Shown here: piece after piece, positions 9,897 to 10,073 of the stretch
How the letters are laid out: every line of letters starts with the position of its first letter
How positions within the stretch are numbered: the first letter of the stretch is position 1
NCBI RefSeq assembly: GCF_006345805.1
Contig: NW_021827463.1
Span: forward strand, 1-10,073
Length of the DNA stretch: 10,073 bases
DNA from: Octopus sinensis
Lineage: Eukaryota
Direction of reading: 5' to 3'
Notes under the pieces: generated by a model
The model's input: the letters and a program-made list of their open reading frames with translations, nothing else
The model's database searches: none
Told to the model about the DNA's origin: nothing
Program-made: the position numbers and the translations under genes

Positions 9897-10073
9897 ATAT
9901 CAGATAGACTTAGGAAGGACCTTATAGCTTTCTTCAAAGGATGGGCTTACGGATTACGATAGATGCTAACCTGAATAGTGTAGATTTTTTAGACGTAAAT
10001 TTTAATGTAAGATCGGATAGATTTAAACCTTTCCGTAAGCCCAATGAAAAGCTATCGTATATTAGCAAAGATT
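9897..10073 (+). pseudogene. Penelope-like retrotransposon reverse transcriptase fragment (C-terminal palm/thumb), frameshifted, 5'-truncated, continues beyond the window
   Basis: ISDRLRKDLIAFFK (9897-9938), then a frameshift at ~9939-9940, then MGLRITIDANLNSVDFLDVNFNVRSDRFKPFRKPNEKLSYISKD (9941-10072). This matches the Penelope RT pattern GLxITI..N...V.FLDV.F......KP(Y/F)RKPN....YI...S(NHP). Confidence 0.88.

Overview
AT-rich, gene-poor eukaryotic DNA, most likely an octopus (cephalopod) intron or intergenic region. This is inferred from the SINE types and microsatellite load, not from a database search. Bases ~215-3300 form an old, degenerate tandem array of ~400-490 bp units that has been hit by several younger insertions. 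These are a 409-bp foldback insert (116-bp inverted arms around a copy of nearby DNA, flanked by 23-bp direct repeats), two tRNA-derived SINEs, and a 160-bp element with a degenerate hammerhead ribozyme core. Further right are a head-to-tail SINE dimer, long compound microsatellites, a non-autonomous Helitron-like element, a truncated SINE, and a frameshifted Penelope-like reverse transcriptase fragment running off the right edge. Nearly all listed ORFs are microsatellite or repeat artefacts; two possible small minus-strand exons near 5.9-6.1 kb are low confidence. I see no convincing new multi-gene system; the most unusual items are the foldback insertion and the ribozyme-bearing element.
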